Part shown: positions 9,752-17,920 of the stretch, piece by piece | Numbering within the stretch: the stretch's first letter is position 1 | Layout: each line of letters begins with the position of its first letter | NCBI GenBank assembly: GCA_039028615.1 | Contig: JBCCHT010000004.1 | Location: 160,001 to 224,000 of the forward strand | Length of the DNA: 64,000 nucleotides | Direction: 5' to 3' | Source of the DNA: Myxococcota bacterium | GTDB taxonomy: Bacteria; Myxococcota_A; Polyangia; Nannocystales; Nannocystaceae | Program-made: the position numbers and the translations under genes | The notes under the pieces: model-generated | The model's input: the letters and a program-made list of their open reading frames with translations, nothing else | The model's database searches: none | Told to the model about the DNA's origin: nothing

Positions 9752-11071
9752 ATGTTCGGGCTCGCCGTCGCGCTCGCGGCCGCCCTGGGCTCCCCCGCCA
9801 CCCCCCGCACGAGCGGACCGGGGGGTCCCTTTGCCACCGCCGCGAGTCATGCACTGCCCGCCGATCGCCCCGCGCGTTCGGCCAAGGCCCAGCACGCCAA
9901 GACCCGCAATCCCTCGCGGCCCGCCCCCGGCCCCCGCCTGTCACCGCGCGAAGAAGAAGCCCGCGGGTTTCGGGTCCGGGGCCACCGCATCCTGCCCGTG
10001 CCGACCTTCCGCGCCGAGCCTTCGGTCGGCCTGACCCTGGGCCTGCGCGGGCGCTACGTCTATCGGCCGCCCGGCGAGACCTTCCACCGGGCACGGCTGG
10101 ACATTGTGGGCCGCGTGTCCACCAAGCGGGTCCAGGACCACACCGTCGACCTCCAGCTCCGCGACCTGCTGCATCGCCAGGAGATCATCGACGTCTCGTT
10201 TCGCTTCAACGACGACCCCGTGTTCCCCTACCCCGGCGTCGCCAATTTCGATCGCCTGTCCGGGCGCGAGCTGCTCGACCCCTTCTATCAGGTTCACCTG
10301 CGCTCCATCGGGGGTGCCGTGGACTACCAGCGCCCCTTTGCCGTGTTCGAGCGCGGGAAGCTGGGCATCGAGACCACCGGCTACGCGCGATGGTTTCTGG
10401 GGGCCCGCTTCGCCCACGACCGCATCGAGGCCGAGCCCGACACGCTGTACACCGACGACGGTGGCCGCGAGCGCACCGTGCTGCGCCGCGGTGGTTTCTT
10501 CGGTGGCCTCGCCTGGGACAGCCGCGACAACCCCTGGAGCCCCACCCGCGGCTCGCTGCACGACTTGAGCATCGAGCTGGGCGGGCCGTGGGCGGCCAGC
10601 ACTCGCCACTGGGCGCGCTTCAACGGCTCGGCTCGTTTCTATCGTCCGCTGGGCACGCCCAAGCTCATCTTGGGCAACCAATTCCTGGCCGATGCCATCC
10701 TCGGCGACGCGCCGCTGGTGAGCCAGGGCGAATTCGGCGGGCTGCTCGTCCGCGAGGGCATCGGTGGGCGCGACACCGGCCGCGGCTACTTCCGTCGGCG
10801 CTTCATCGGCCCCACCAAGCTCTACGCCAGCGTCGAGCTGCGCATCGAGCCGCACGAGTTCCGCATCTTCAAGCGCACGCTCACTCCGGCCATCAAGGGC
10901 TTCATGGACGTGGGCTACGTGCGCGGCCCCGGGCAAGTGGGCGTGCAGCCCATCATCTCGGGAGGCCCCGGCGTGTACTTCATCTGGGACCGCTTCTTCG
11001 TGTTCCGCATCGACGCCGGCTTCAGCCCCGAAGGCCGCGGCATCTACTTCACGACCAATCACGCGTTCTGA
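9752..11071 (+). CDS. Omp85 (BamA/TamA-family) outer-membrane barrel lacking obvious POTRA domains
   Basis: WDSRDN...PTRG, GGRDTGRGY (L6 VRGY-like), ELR, ends ...HAF; start ATG 9752 chosen over 9710. Confidence 0.75.
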   Translation: MFGLAVALAAALGSPATPRTSGPGGPFATAASHALPADRPARSAKAQHAKTRNPSRPAPGPRLSPREEEARGFRVRGHRILPVPTFRAEPSVGLTLGLRGRYVYRPPGETFHRARLDIVGRVSTKRVQDHTVDLQLRDLLHRQEIIDVSFRFNDDPVFPYPGVANFDRLSGRELLDPFYQVHLRSIGGAVDYQRPFAVFERGKLGIETTGYARWFLGARFAHDRIEAEPDTLYTDDGGRERTVLRRGGFFGGLAWDSRDNPWSPTRGSLHDLSIELGGPWAASTRHWARFNGSARFYRPLGTPKLILGNQFLADAILGDAPLVSQGEFGGLLVREGIGGRDTGRGYFRRRFIGPTKLYASVELRIEPHEFRIFKRTLTPAIKGFMDVGYVRGPGQVGVQPIISGGPGVYFIWDRFFVFRIDAGFSPEGRGIYFTTNHAF

Positions 11072-11099
11072 CGCCGCTTCGTGCTCAGGAGCCATCCCC

Positions 11100-12365
11100 G
11101 TGACCAGCGACCGCCACGACTCCGTCCTCATCAGCATCGACTGGATCTCGTTTCGCTACTTCTTCCGCCGAAATTTCCGTGCGTACCTGCTGGTGATCAC
11201 CGCGGATACCAACGGCAACCTCGAGGTCTACGAGTCCCCCGAGATCTACTCCATCCTCCATCGCCCGATACGAGACAAGCCAGCCACCATCGACTTCGGC
11301 TTCGACGGGTTCGTGATCTACTCGTCCACGGGCAACGTGCCCGACCTGGTGCGCTTCGACGTGTTCGTGGTCAAAGACCGCTCCAAGGGCCGCAAGGTCG
11401 GCGCGCTGCGGCAGATGCTCCGCGACTCGTCCGACTTCGAATCCGCCCTGGCCACCGCCAAGGATGCGGTGGGGTCCTCGTCGAACGGCGCGGCCGCCAG
11501 CTCCGTCGCCACCGCGGTCACCCCCGTGCTCGACCTGGTGGGGGGCATGGTCGAGAGGATGGACGACAAGGTCATCGAGGCCTACTCCGGCAGCAAGATC
11601 TTCGACGTCGCCATGGTGCGCTGGAGCGAAGACGAGCCGCGCAAGCGGTTGGACCAGTCCATCGTCTCGCCCACGGGCAACATCGAGACCAAGGTCGACA
11701 TCACCCTGTTCCAGCGGCAGTCCGACCCCTCGGGTGAGACCGAGACCACGGACACCCCGGAGGACCCCACCGACGGCCCCGATGCGCCGCCGGTCGACGC
11801 CCCGCCGCCCGTCGTCACGTCGACCGAGCCGCGCCGTATCGCAGACGAGCCGATCACCGAGCCGGAGAAGGTCGCGGTGTCGCTTCGTCGCCCGCGCATC
11901 CTGTTCCGCACCGGTTGGATCATGGCGGCTTCGGTCATTCCGTTCATCGCCTTGGCCGCGGCCGTCGACGAATCGTCCTCGGACGCCGCCGTCGCCTTTT
12001 TGATCCTCGCGGCCCTCGCCCTCATCGTCAGCCCCGGCTTCATCTACGGCGCAGGACGATGGGCTCGAGCCCGCCTCAACAAAAAGGGCCTCACCCGCCT
12101 GGGCTGGGTCGCGGTCGTCTTTCACCTCGTGAGCCTCGGCGTCATCGGGCTCGGCGGTGTGATCCTCGCATCCGCGTTCACCATCTCGGTCGTGCAGCAA
12201 GGAGCCAGCAGCATCGGAGAGGCAATCGGCCAGATCTTCGCGCAGTTCATCGCGATGATCTTCGTCGCCGCGCTGGGTCTGACGATCATGTTCTTCTTCT
12301 CGTTGTTCCCCGCGCTGATCTCGGTCATCACGGCGCTGGTCTTCGGACGACGGGAGACCCGATAG
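11100..12365 (+). CDS. Hypothetical protein: unknown N-terminal domain (paralogue of next gene), Pro/acidic linker, about 4 C-terminal TM helices
   Basis: In-frame GTG at 11100, 28 nt after the omp85 stop; shares DSVLISID/DTNG/ESP/IDFGFDG/SGSKIFD blocks with 12479..13438. Confidence 0.7.
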   Translation: MTSDRHDSVLISIDWISFRYFFRRNFRAYLLVITADTNGNLEVYESPEIYSILHRPIRDKPATIDFGFDGFVIYSSTGNVPDLVRFDVFVVKDRSKGRKVGALRQMLRDSSDFESALATAKDAVGSSSNGAAASSVATAVTPVLDLVGGMVERMDDKVIEAYSGSKIFDVAMVRWSEDEPRKRLDQSIVSPTGNIETKVDITLFQRQSDPSGETETTDTPEDPTDGPDAPPVDAPPPVVTSTEPRRIADEPITEPEKVAVSLRRPRILFRTGWIMAASVIPFIALAAAVDESSSDAAVAFLILAALALIVSPGFIYGAGRWARARLNKKGLTRLGWVAVVFHLVSLGVIGLGGVILASAFTISVVQQGASSIGEAIGQIFAQFIAMIFVAALGLTIMFFFSLFPALISVITALVFGRRETR

Positions 12366-12478
12366 CGCGGCTCGATCTCGAACGACTCGCGGGCCGCTCG
12401 TCCCATGCCGCCACGATGGCTGCCCTCGGGGGCATCTGATACCGTCGACTTCGTAATCGTCTTGCTGGATCACCGTCG

Positions 12479-13438
12479 ATGACCGAGACCGAGCCCGCCA
12501 ACGAAGCCGAGTCTGTCCCCGCAACCGAGGCCACGAGCGAGCCTGCGCCTGCCAGCGAGGCCGCCCCCGCTCCCGTGTCCGCCAGCGAAGCTACGCCCGC
12601 GGCTGCCAGCGAGCCCGCCCCTGCTCCCGCCGCCACACCTGCGCCCGCCAGTGCCCCCGCACCTGCTCCTGCGCCCGCTCCCGCCAGCGAAGCCGCACCT
12701 GCCCCTGCGCCCTCGCCTTCAATCGAGGTCGCGGCACCGCCCGCCCCCGAGACCCCAGCCGAGGACGAACACCCGCCGGGCAACGACTCGGTGCTCATCA
12801 GCATCGATCGCATCGACTTCTTCTACCGCTTGTGGCGTCGCTTCCAGGCCTACTTCGTGGTCGTGTCCTGCGACACCAACGGCACCATCTACATCTGCGA
12901 GTCACCGCAGACCTACCCCCTGTTGCATCGTCCGGTCCGCAACAAACCCGGGCGCATCGACTTCGGCTTCGACGGCTACCCGATCTACGTCTCGGTGGGC
13001 GCCGTCCCGAGCCTGGTGAAGTACGAGGTCTTCGTCGTCCGCGACCGCAGCCGCGCTCGAGAGGCCGGCATCTTGCTCAACGAAGTCGGCGCCTCGGGCC
13101 TGCTCGACTCCACCATCGGCAACGTCAAGACGGCCCTGACCGCGGCTGGCTCGGCCGCCGGGGCCGCCATCGGCACCGCGGTCGAGGCCGCCATCGGTCC
13201 CGTCACCCAAGCGGTGGGTGCCACCATCGCCAGCATGGGCGACAAGGTGGTGGCGTCCTGCTCCGGCAGCAAGATCTTCGACGCCCGAACCATGGCGCTC
13301 AGCGAGCTGACCACGAAGGCCGAGTCCGAGGGCGGCAACGTCATCACCGAGCTGGACATCCTGCTCTTCGACCGCCGCGACGACGCCTACGACGAAGGCC
13401 TGGGGGCGAGCCTGCCCTCCCTCCACTCGGAGTACTGA
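12479..13438 (+). CDS. Hypothetical protein: Ala/Pro-rich N-terminus plus the same unknown domain
   Basis: EPAPASEAAPAP repeats, then a domain clearly homologous to the preceding gene. Confidence 0.75.
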   Translation: MTETEPANEAESVPATEATSEPAPASEAAPAPVSASEATPAAASEPAPAPAATPAPASAPAPAPAPAPASEAAPAPAPSPSIEVAAPPAPETPAEDEHPPGNDSVLISIDRIDFFYRLWRRFQAYFVVVSCDTNGTIYICESPQTYPLLHRPVRNKPGRIDFGFDGYPIYVSVGAVPSLVKYEVFVVRDRSRAREAGILLNEVGASGLLDSTIGNVKTALTAAGSAAGAAIGTAVEAAIGPVTQAVGATIASMGDKVVASCSGSKIFDARTMALSELTTKAESEGGNVITELDILLFDRRDDAYDEGLGASLPSLHSEY

Positions 13439-13472
13439 GCCTGCCCCGCCCCCGTCGTCGACAGCTCGGCAG

Positions 13473-14798
13473 ATGGTGTCGGAGCAGAAGGCTACGAACA
13501 CCCATCTTCGAATGATCCAGACGGGATCGACGGCTCGATTTCTCGCTCTTTCGCCGTCCCACGCCGGGCCGAATTGTCGTTCTGCCACTGGCGCCACGCA
13601 CGAAACGCTACCGACGACACGGCCCATCCGGTACGCTGATGTCGTAGTGAGGTCTCGAGTTTCGCAGCCATCGCAAGAGCGGGTCGGACACGCGCCGGGC
13701 CGCAGGGTTGATGTCGACGAGGTGAGCCGCTCGAATGCACTGGCCGAGACGGAATCGGCCGCACCTGCGGCCATCGACCTTCGCCAGGTGTCGGTCGGTG
13801 GAACCGCCGCGGGTCGGGGCTCGGGCGCTGGCGCCTGGCCGGGCTCCGTGACTTCGGACGGCGCCCAGCCGATCCAGCTCATGCGACGAAGGGACAATCG
13901 TAGTGCATGGCAACGCTACGCGCCGTACCTCCTCGGCGGGACGTCGCATCCATCGCTCGGAGACACGCGGAGCTATTGGCAACGAGTTGCGCCGACGAGG
14001 TTCGGAGGTCGGCCGATACCAGCCCCGCCTGCTACGGAAGCAGCATCGGGGAGCAGCGCCTCCGGCTCACACAGCGCCTCGGCGTCCAGTCGTACTTCCA
14101 GCTCGTCCGCCAGCAGTACGGCCGCCGTTTCACGCAGCACGCCCGCGTCCAGTCGTACTTCCAGCTCTTCCGCCAGCAGCACTGCCACCAGCACTGCCAC
14201 CGCCGTCCGTAGCGTGCCTGCGTCCAGCAGCACCTCGAGTTCCTCTGCCAGCAGCACGACCGCCGCGCCTCGCAGCGCGTCTGCATCCAGCAGCACCTCG
14301 AGTTCCTCTGCCAGCAGCACGACCGCCGCACCTCGCAGCGCGTCTGCATCCAGCAGCACCTCGAGTTCCTCTGCCAGCAGCACCGCCGCCTCCCGACCTC
14401 GGGTTCGGCCGAGAACGCTCGAGGAACTCCTGGTGGAGAACCTCCGCGCTCGAAGCAGGAACTACGAAGGCCTCCTCTCCGACTCCCGTGCCGGGCGAGA
14501 AGAATCGGAGGAGGACGAGGAGGAGGCGACCCCCATCGACCGTGGTGACCCACGCACGCTGGACGGCATCACCAACCTGGGTAGCATCGACGAAGAGCAC
14601 CACGACTACCTCCAACAGCGGCTGGATGCCTATAACCGCGGTCGGACGCGCGCCTTCAACTACCACACGGGAGTCGGAGGCGTGCCCACGATGGACGTCG
14701 GACGAGTCACGGGGGGCGGAGGCCGGGGTGATGGCCGGCTGCAGTTCCACGCGGACGGAACGATGACCGTCGTGGACCACCGCGGCCGAGAAGTCTAG
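13473..14798 (+). CDS. Hypothetical protein with Ser-rich tandem repeats and a putative toxin-like C-terminal domain (true start may be GTG 13647)
   Basis: 441-aa ORF filling the gap; 21-aa Ser/Ala/Thr repeats; compact C-terminal domain with GC3-rich codons. Confidence 0.6.
   Translation: MVSEQKATNTHLRMIQTGSTARFLALSPSHAGPNCRSATGATHETLPTTRPIRYADVVVRSRVSQPSQERVGHAPGRRVDVDEVSRSNALAETESAAPAAIDLRQVSVGGTAAGRGSGAGAWPGSVTSDGAQPIQLMRRRDNRSAWQRYAPYLLGGTSHPSLGDTRSYWQRVAPTRFGGRPIPAPPATEAASGSSASGSHSASASSRTSSSSASSTAAVSRSTPASSRTSSSSASSTATSTATAVRSVPASSSTSSSSASSTTAAPRSASASSSTSSSSASSTTAAPRSASASSSTSSSSASSTAASRPRVRPRTLEELLVENLRARSRNYEGLLSDSRAGREESEEDEEEATPIDRGDPRTLDGITNLGSIDEEHHDYLQQRLDAYNRGRTRAFNYHTGVGGVPTMDVGRVTGGGGRGDGRLQFHADGTMTVVDHRGREV
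14085..14385 (+). repeat. 63-bp tandem repeat, about 5 copies (coding SSSTSSSSASSTTAAPRSASA-like units)
   Basis: Unit starts at 14085, 14148, 14223, 14286, 14349; the last three are near-identical; a 12-nt insertion lies between copies 2 and 3. Confidence 0.9.
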
Positions 14799-14808
14799 GA
14801 CGACCCTG

Positions 14809-15912
14809 CTAGTTCGCGCGGGTGAGCCCGCGCCGATAGAAATTGCTGATCAACCGGTTCATGTAGACGAAAAGCGGCGTGTCGTCCCCGGTGATCTTCT
14901 GCCGCGCATAGTGGGCATAGACCAGCGCGCGAAAGACCGGATACGTCGAGATCGCGGTGAAGAACGGGTGGTTGTCCCAGCATGCGGGCCGCTCGAAGGG
15001 CGGCGGCGCATGCCGAACGGCGCACCCGATGGTGCAGGCATCGAGGTTCTCGACCTCGTGCCACCACCACGAGGTGTTCAGTAGCAAGTCGCCCGGCTCG
15101 AGCACGACCTCGTAGCGAGGAAAACGCTCGAAGATGGCCGACATCGTGCTGCGCTCCCCACGGCCCAGCCGCACGCTCCCATGCGCGGAGAAGCCCGACT
15201 GAAACGGATGCGCGGGCACGGGATGCAGCGCCGCGGTGTGCTCGGGATCGATGAGCGTCCACCGCTTGCGACCGGCGATCTGCATGAAGAAGTTGCCCCC
15301 CATCGCATGGTGCAGGGGGCTGCCCACGTGCGGAGAACCGAGGAACAGCTGCGTGGTGCTCAGCTCTTGCCACGAGGCATCGGGACGGCACAGCCCCCGC
15401 TGAATGCGATGCAGCTGCAAGTCCTCGAGCAGCCCGTCCGAGGCCATGATGAGCTCGGTGCTGTTGTTGAGGTACAGCGGCTCGTGTTGCATGCGGTCGG
15501 CGAACTCGTGGAAGGGCACCTCCATCATCGGGATGCGGCGGTTCCACAGCTCGTCCCAACGCAGCGGGGCACCGCCCCACACCAGACAGCGCGTCTGCCC
15601 GATCTGCGCGTTCAGGTAGTCGAGGTCCCACCGCTGCACCGCGGGCGTCTCGCGGACGAAGCCGCGGATCACCACCGGGTGCCGCATGTTCCGGGAAACC
15701 TCGAGGAAGCGAGCGCGCGTGAGCCCTTCGGCGGACAGCTCGGGCAAGGGCAATGCGCTGCGCGGCTCGGGAAAGTCCCGCGCCATCGCTCGGTGTACGA
15801 GCCAGGCCCGCGGCGAGAACAGCGGAGAGCTCGCGGGTGCGCCCCGCCACGCGTAGTGGTCGAGCAGCATCAGCGAGTAGATCGCGGCCTTCTCGAGCGT
15901 GTTCGGATCCAT
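14809..15912 (-). CDS. JmjC/cupin-like Fe(II)/2-oxoglutarate-dependent enzyme
   Basis: HPVVIRG...AVQRWDLDYL, LHHAMGGNFFMQIAGRKRWTL, VVLEPGDLL...WWHEVENL. Confidence 0.85.
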   Translation of the reverse strand: MDPNTLEKAAIYSLMLLDHYAWRGAPASSPLFSPRAWLVHRAMARDFPEPRSALPLPELSAEGLTRARFLEVSRNMRHPVVIRGFVRETPAVQRWDLDYLNAQIGQTRCLVWGGAPLRWDELWNRRIPMMEVPFHEFADRMQHEPLYLNNSTELIMASDGLLEDLQLHRIQRGLCRPDASWQELSTTQLFLGSPHVGSPLHHAMGGNFFMQIAGRKRWTLIDPEHTAALHPVPAHPFQSGFSAHGSVRLGRGERSTMSAIFERFPRYEVVLEPGDLLLNTSWWWHEVENLDACTIGCAVRHAPPPFERPACWDNHPFFTAISTYPVFRALVYAHYARQKITGDDTPLFVYMNRLISNFYRRGLTRAN

Positions 15913-15994
15913 CGGAAAAGCCCCCTTTCCCTACCGATGGATCTTTGTCCGCCCGCCCGTTGCCGTCAATTGGCACGACGGGAAAACGAGGCGC

Positions 15995-16669
15995 TCAGCA
16001 CTCGTTGAGACCGAGCTCGCCCCACGCGTGCTCGCACAGGTGCAGCGCAATCCCGGGGTTTTTCGGCACCTCGGGGCACCACATCATGTAGCAGGCCTGC
16101 TCTTCGGCCGACAAACCCATGCAGTCGTCCTCGCAGGCCTGCCGGGTGCCGAAGGGATACCCCTCGTACTCGGCACACTCGGTCTCGAGGCAGTCGCAGT
16201 GGGCCACGCACTCGACCGACACGGCACCGTCCCCGGTGCTGCCGTTGCCGTCCGAGGTGCTCTCCCCACCGTCGGTGCCGGACTCTTCGTGCCCTTCGGT
16301 GCCGCCGTCGTGGCCCTCGGTCTCGTGCCCGCCCGAGTCGTGCTCTCCCGACTCGTGCCCTCCGGTGCCCTCGCCATCGGTCTCGTGGCCCGAGTGGTCG
16401 TCGGTCTCATGCCCGCCCAAGGGCGGCGCCGCGTCGCAGACCGCCACGCACTCGTCCAACATGGGTGTGCAGACCTCAGCGTCGCCGTCGTGCGCGATGG
16501 CATGGCAGTCGTTGATCTGCCCTTCGCTACCGTCGTCCTTGGGGTGACAGGAGTCGATGATGATCTGGCACGCCTCGGCATTGGTCTCGATCGACTCGGT
16601 GGTGCTCGTGCAAGCGACGGCAAGGGCCCACGAAAGGCCCAGACTCGGGATCCACAGGTGGTGCTTCAT
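15995..16669 (-). CDS. Cys/His-rich lipoprotein
   Basis: Lipobox AVAC; two Cys-rich domains flanking a GHE-repeat His/acidic linker. Confidence 0.75.
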   Translation of the reverse strand: MKHHLWIPSLGLSWALAVACTSTTESIETNAEACQIIIDSCHPKDDGSEGQINDCHAIAHDGDAEVCTPMLDECVAVCDAAPPLGGHETDDHSGHETDGEGTGGHESGEHDSGGHETEGHDGGTEGHEESGTDGGESTSDGNGSTGDGAVSVECVAHCDCLETECAEYEGYPFGTRQACEDDCMGLSAEEQACYMMWCPEVPKNPGIALHLCEHAWGELGLNEC

Positions 16670-16853
16670 CGGTTGGTTCGCTCGGCCTGGTCCTTAGCGA
16701 TCGCGAGCGAATCGACCCACGAGCGTGCTCACGAATCGGCGCCGCTGCGACGCCACGCCTCAGGGCTGCGACGCGGTGTCACGGGCGACCTCGCATCGGT
16801 TTCAGTCGAGGCGAACGACCACTGCGCGGCCCGTGGTCACGCCACCCAAGTGA

Positions 16854-17762
16854 TCACAGGCGCACGCGATAGTGGAGATCACAGACCGCATGACAGGCTC
16901 TGCCCTTGGGTCGATCGACGCGCTCGAAACCGGCCTTCTCGTACATCGCTGCGGCCTCGGTCATCGCGGAGCGGGTATCGAGGCACGCCTGTGCATAACC
17001 GTGATCGCGGGCAAAGCCGAGGCACGACTGCAGCAGCGCCTGGCCTCGCCCGCACCCGCGGGCCTCGGGCAGCAGGTACATCTTTTGGATCTCGCCGACC
17101 TGCGGCTCCCCGGGCAGCGGCGCCACCCCGCCCCCACCCACGACGTGCTGCCCGTCGACGATCACCAAGTAGCGCGCGCGCGGGCGCTGAAAGTGGGCGA
17201 ATAGATCGGGCAGCTCCGGCAGCAGGCGCGCGATCTCTTCGTCGGAGTCTCCGAACTCTTCGCGGAGCACCTCGACGATGACTGCGGCGATGCCCTCGTT
17301 GTCGCCGCGCCGCATCGGCCGAATGGGGAGCCGCCGACCGTGGCGAGCCCGGGCGAGCGCCTTGGCGTACAGCGCAATGCCGGACTGCACCATCTCGCGC
17401 TCCGCTTCCGTCAGGGTCTCGAGTGCGTCGTCGATGGTGGCCAGCGAGCTGCGATCGACCAGACGAAGCTGGCGCTTGCCCGCCGCGGTCAGGCCAAAAC
17501 GTTTGTGTCGCTGATCGCCGCGATGAGCGATGCGCTTGATCCAGCCCTTGTCGACCATCCGCCGCACGGTGCGACTACCGGTCGACTTGTCCATCTGCAC
17601 CGCCTCGATGAGCTGCCCGAGGTTGAGCCCCTCGCGCTCCCGCAGCTCGACGAGGATGTGCGCCTGGGTCGCCGTGACCTCGGTGTCGCCACAGAAGCTG
17701 CGAAAGAAGCCCAGCTCTCGCACCATCTGCTGGGAGTGTCGTCGAAACACCGTGCGCTCCAT
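16854..17762 (-). CDS. Bifunctional MarR-family regulator / GNAT acetyltransferase
   Basis: N-terminal wHTH (TQAHILVEL...DKSTGSR...DQR...LTAAGK); C-terminal GNAT (EIQKMYLLPEARGCGRG...MYEKAGF); start ATG 17762. Confidence 0.92.
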   Translation of the reverse strand: MERTVFRRHSQQMVRELGFFRSFCGDTEVTATQAHILVELREREGLNLGQLIEAVQMDKSTGSRTVRRMVDKGWIKRIAHRGDQRHKRFGLTAAGKRQLRLVDRSSLATIDDALETLTEAEREMVQSGIALYAKALARARHGRRLPIRPMRRGDNEGIAAVIVEVLREEFGDSDEEIARLLPELPDLFAHFQRPRARYLVIVDGQHVVGGGGVAPLPGEPQVGEIQKMYLLPEARGCGRGQALLQSCLGFARDHGYAQACLDTRSAMTEAAAMYEKAGFERVDRPKGRACHAVCDLHYRVRL

Positions 17763-17784
17763 GCTTCGGCCGTAGGCTAGCGCC

Positions 17785-17813
17785 CGAATTAGTTGCCAAC
17801 AACAACTAATTCG
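17785..17813. promoter_or_regulatory. Perfect 11-bp inverted repeat, likely MarR operator
   Basis: CGAATTAGTTG-N7-CAACTAATTCG; AT-rich island about 23 bp upstream of the MarR-GNAT start, in the divergent promoter region. Confidence 0.8.
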
Positions 17814-17920
17814 ACTCGAGGCGAATCGCGCCCCCGACGCGGCCCGGGTGAATTCGAGCGAGGTCGCGGGGCACGGCGCGCATTGGCGGCCTGCGGTGCG
17901 GTTCGCCATACTCTCGCCCG

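Noticed and set aside
10764..11099. N-terminal extension of the 533-aa ORF
   Set aside because: It overlaps omp85 in another frame; homology with the paralogue begins just after GTG 11100
14085..14385. Possible CRISPR array
   Set aside because: Units are contiguous 63-nt in-frame repeats without unique spacers, and there are no cas genes
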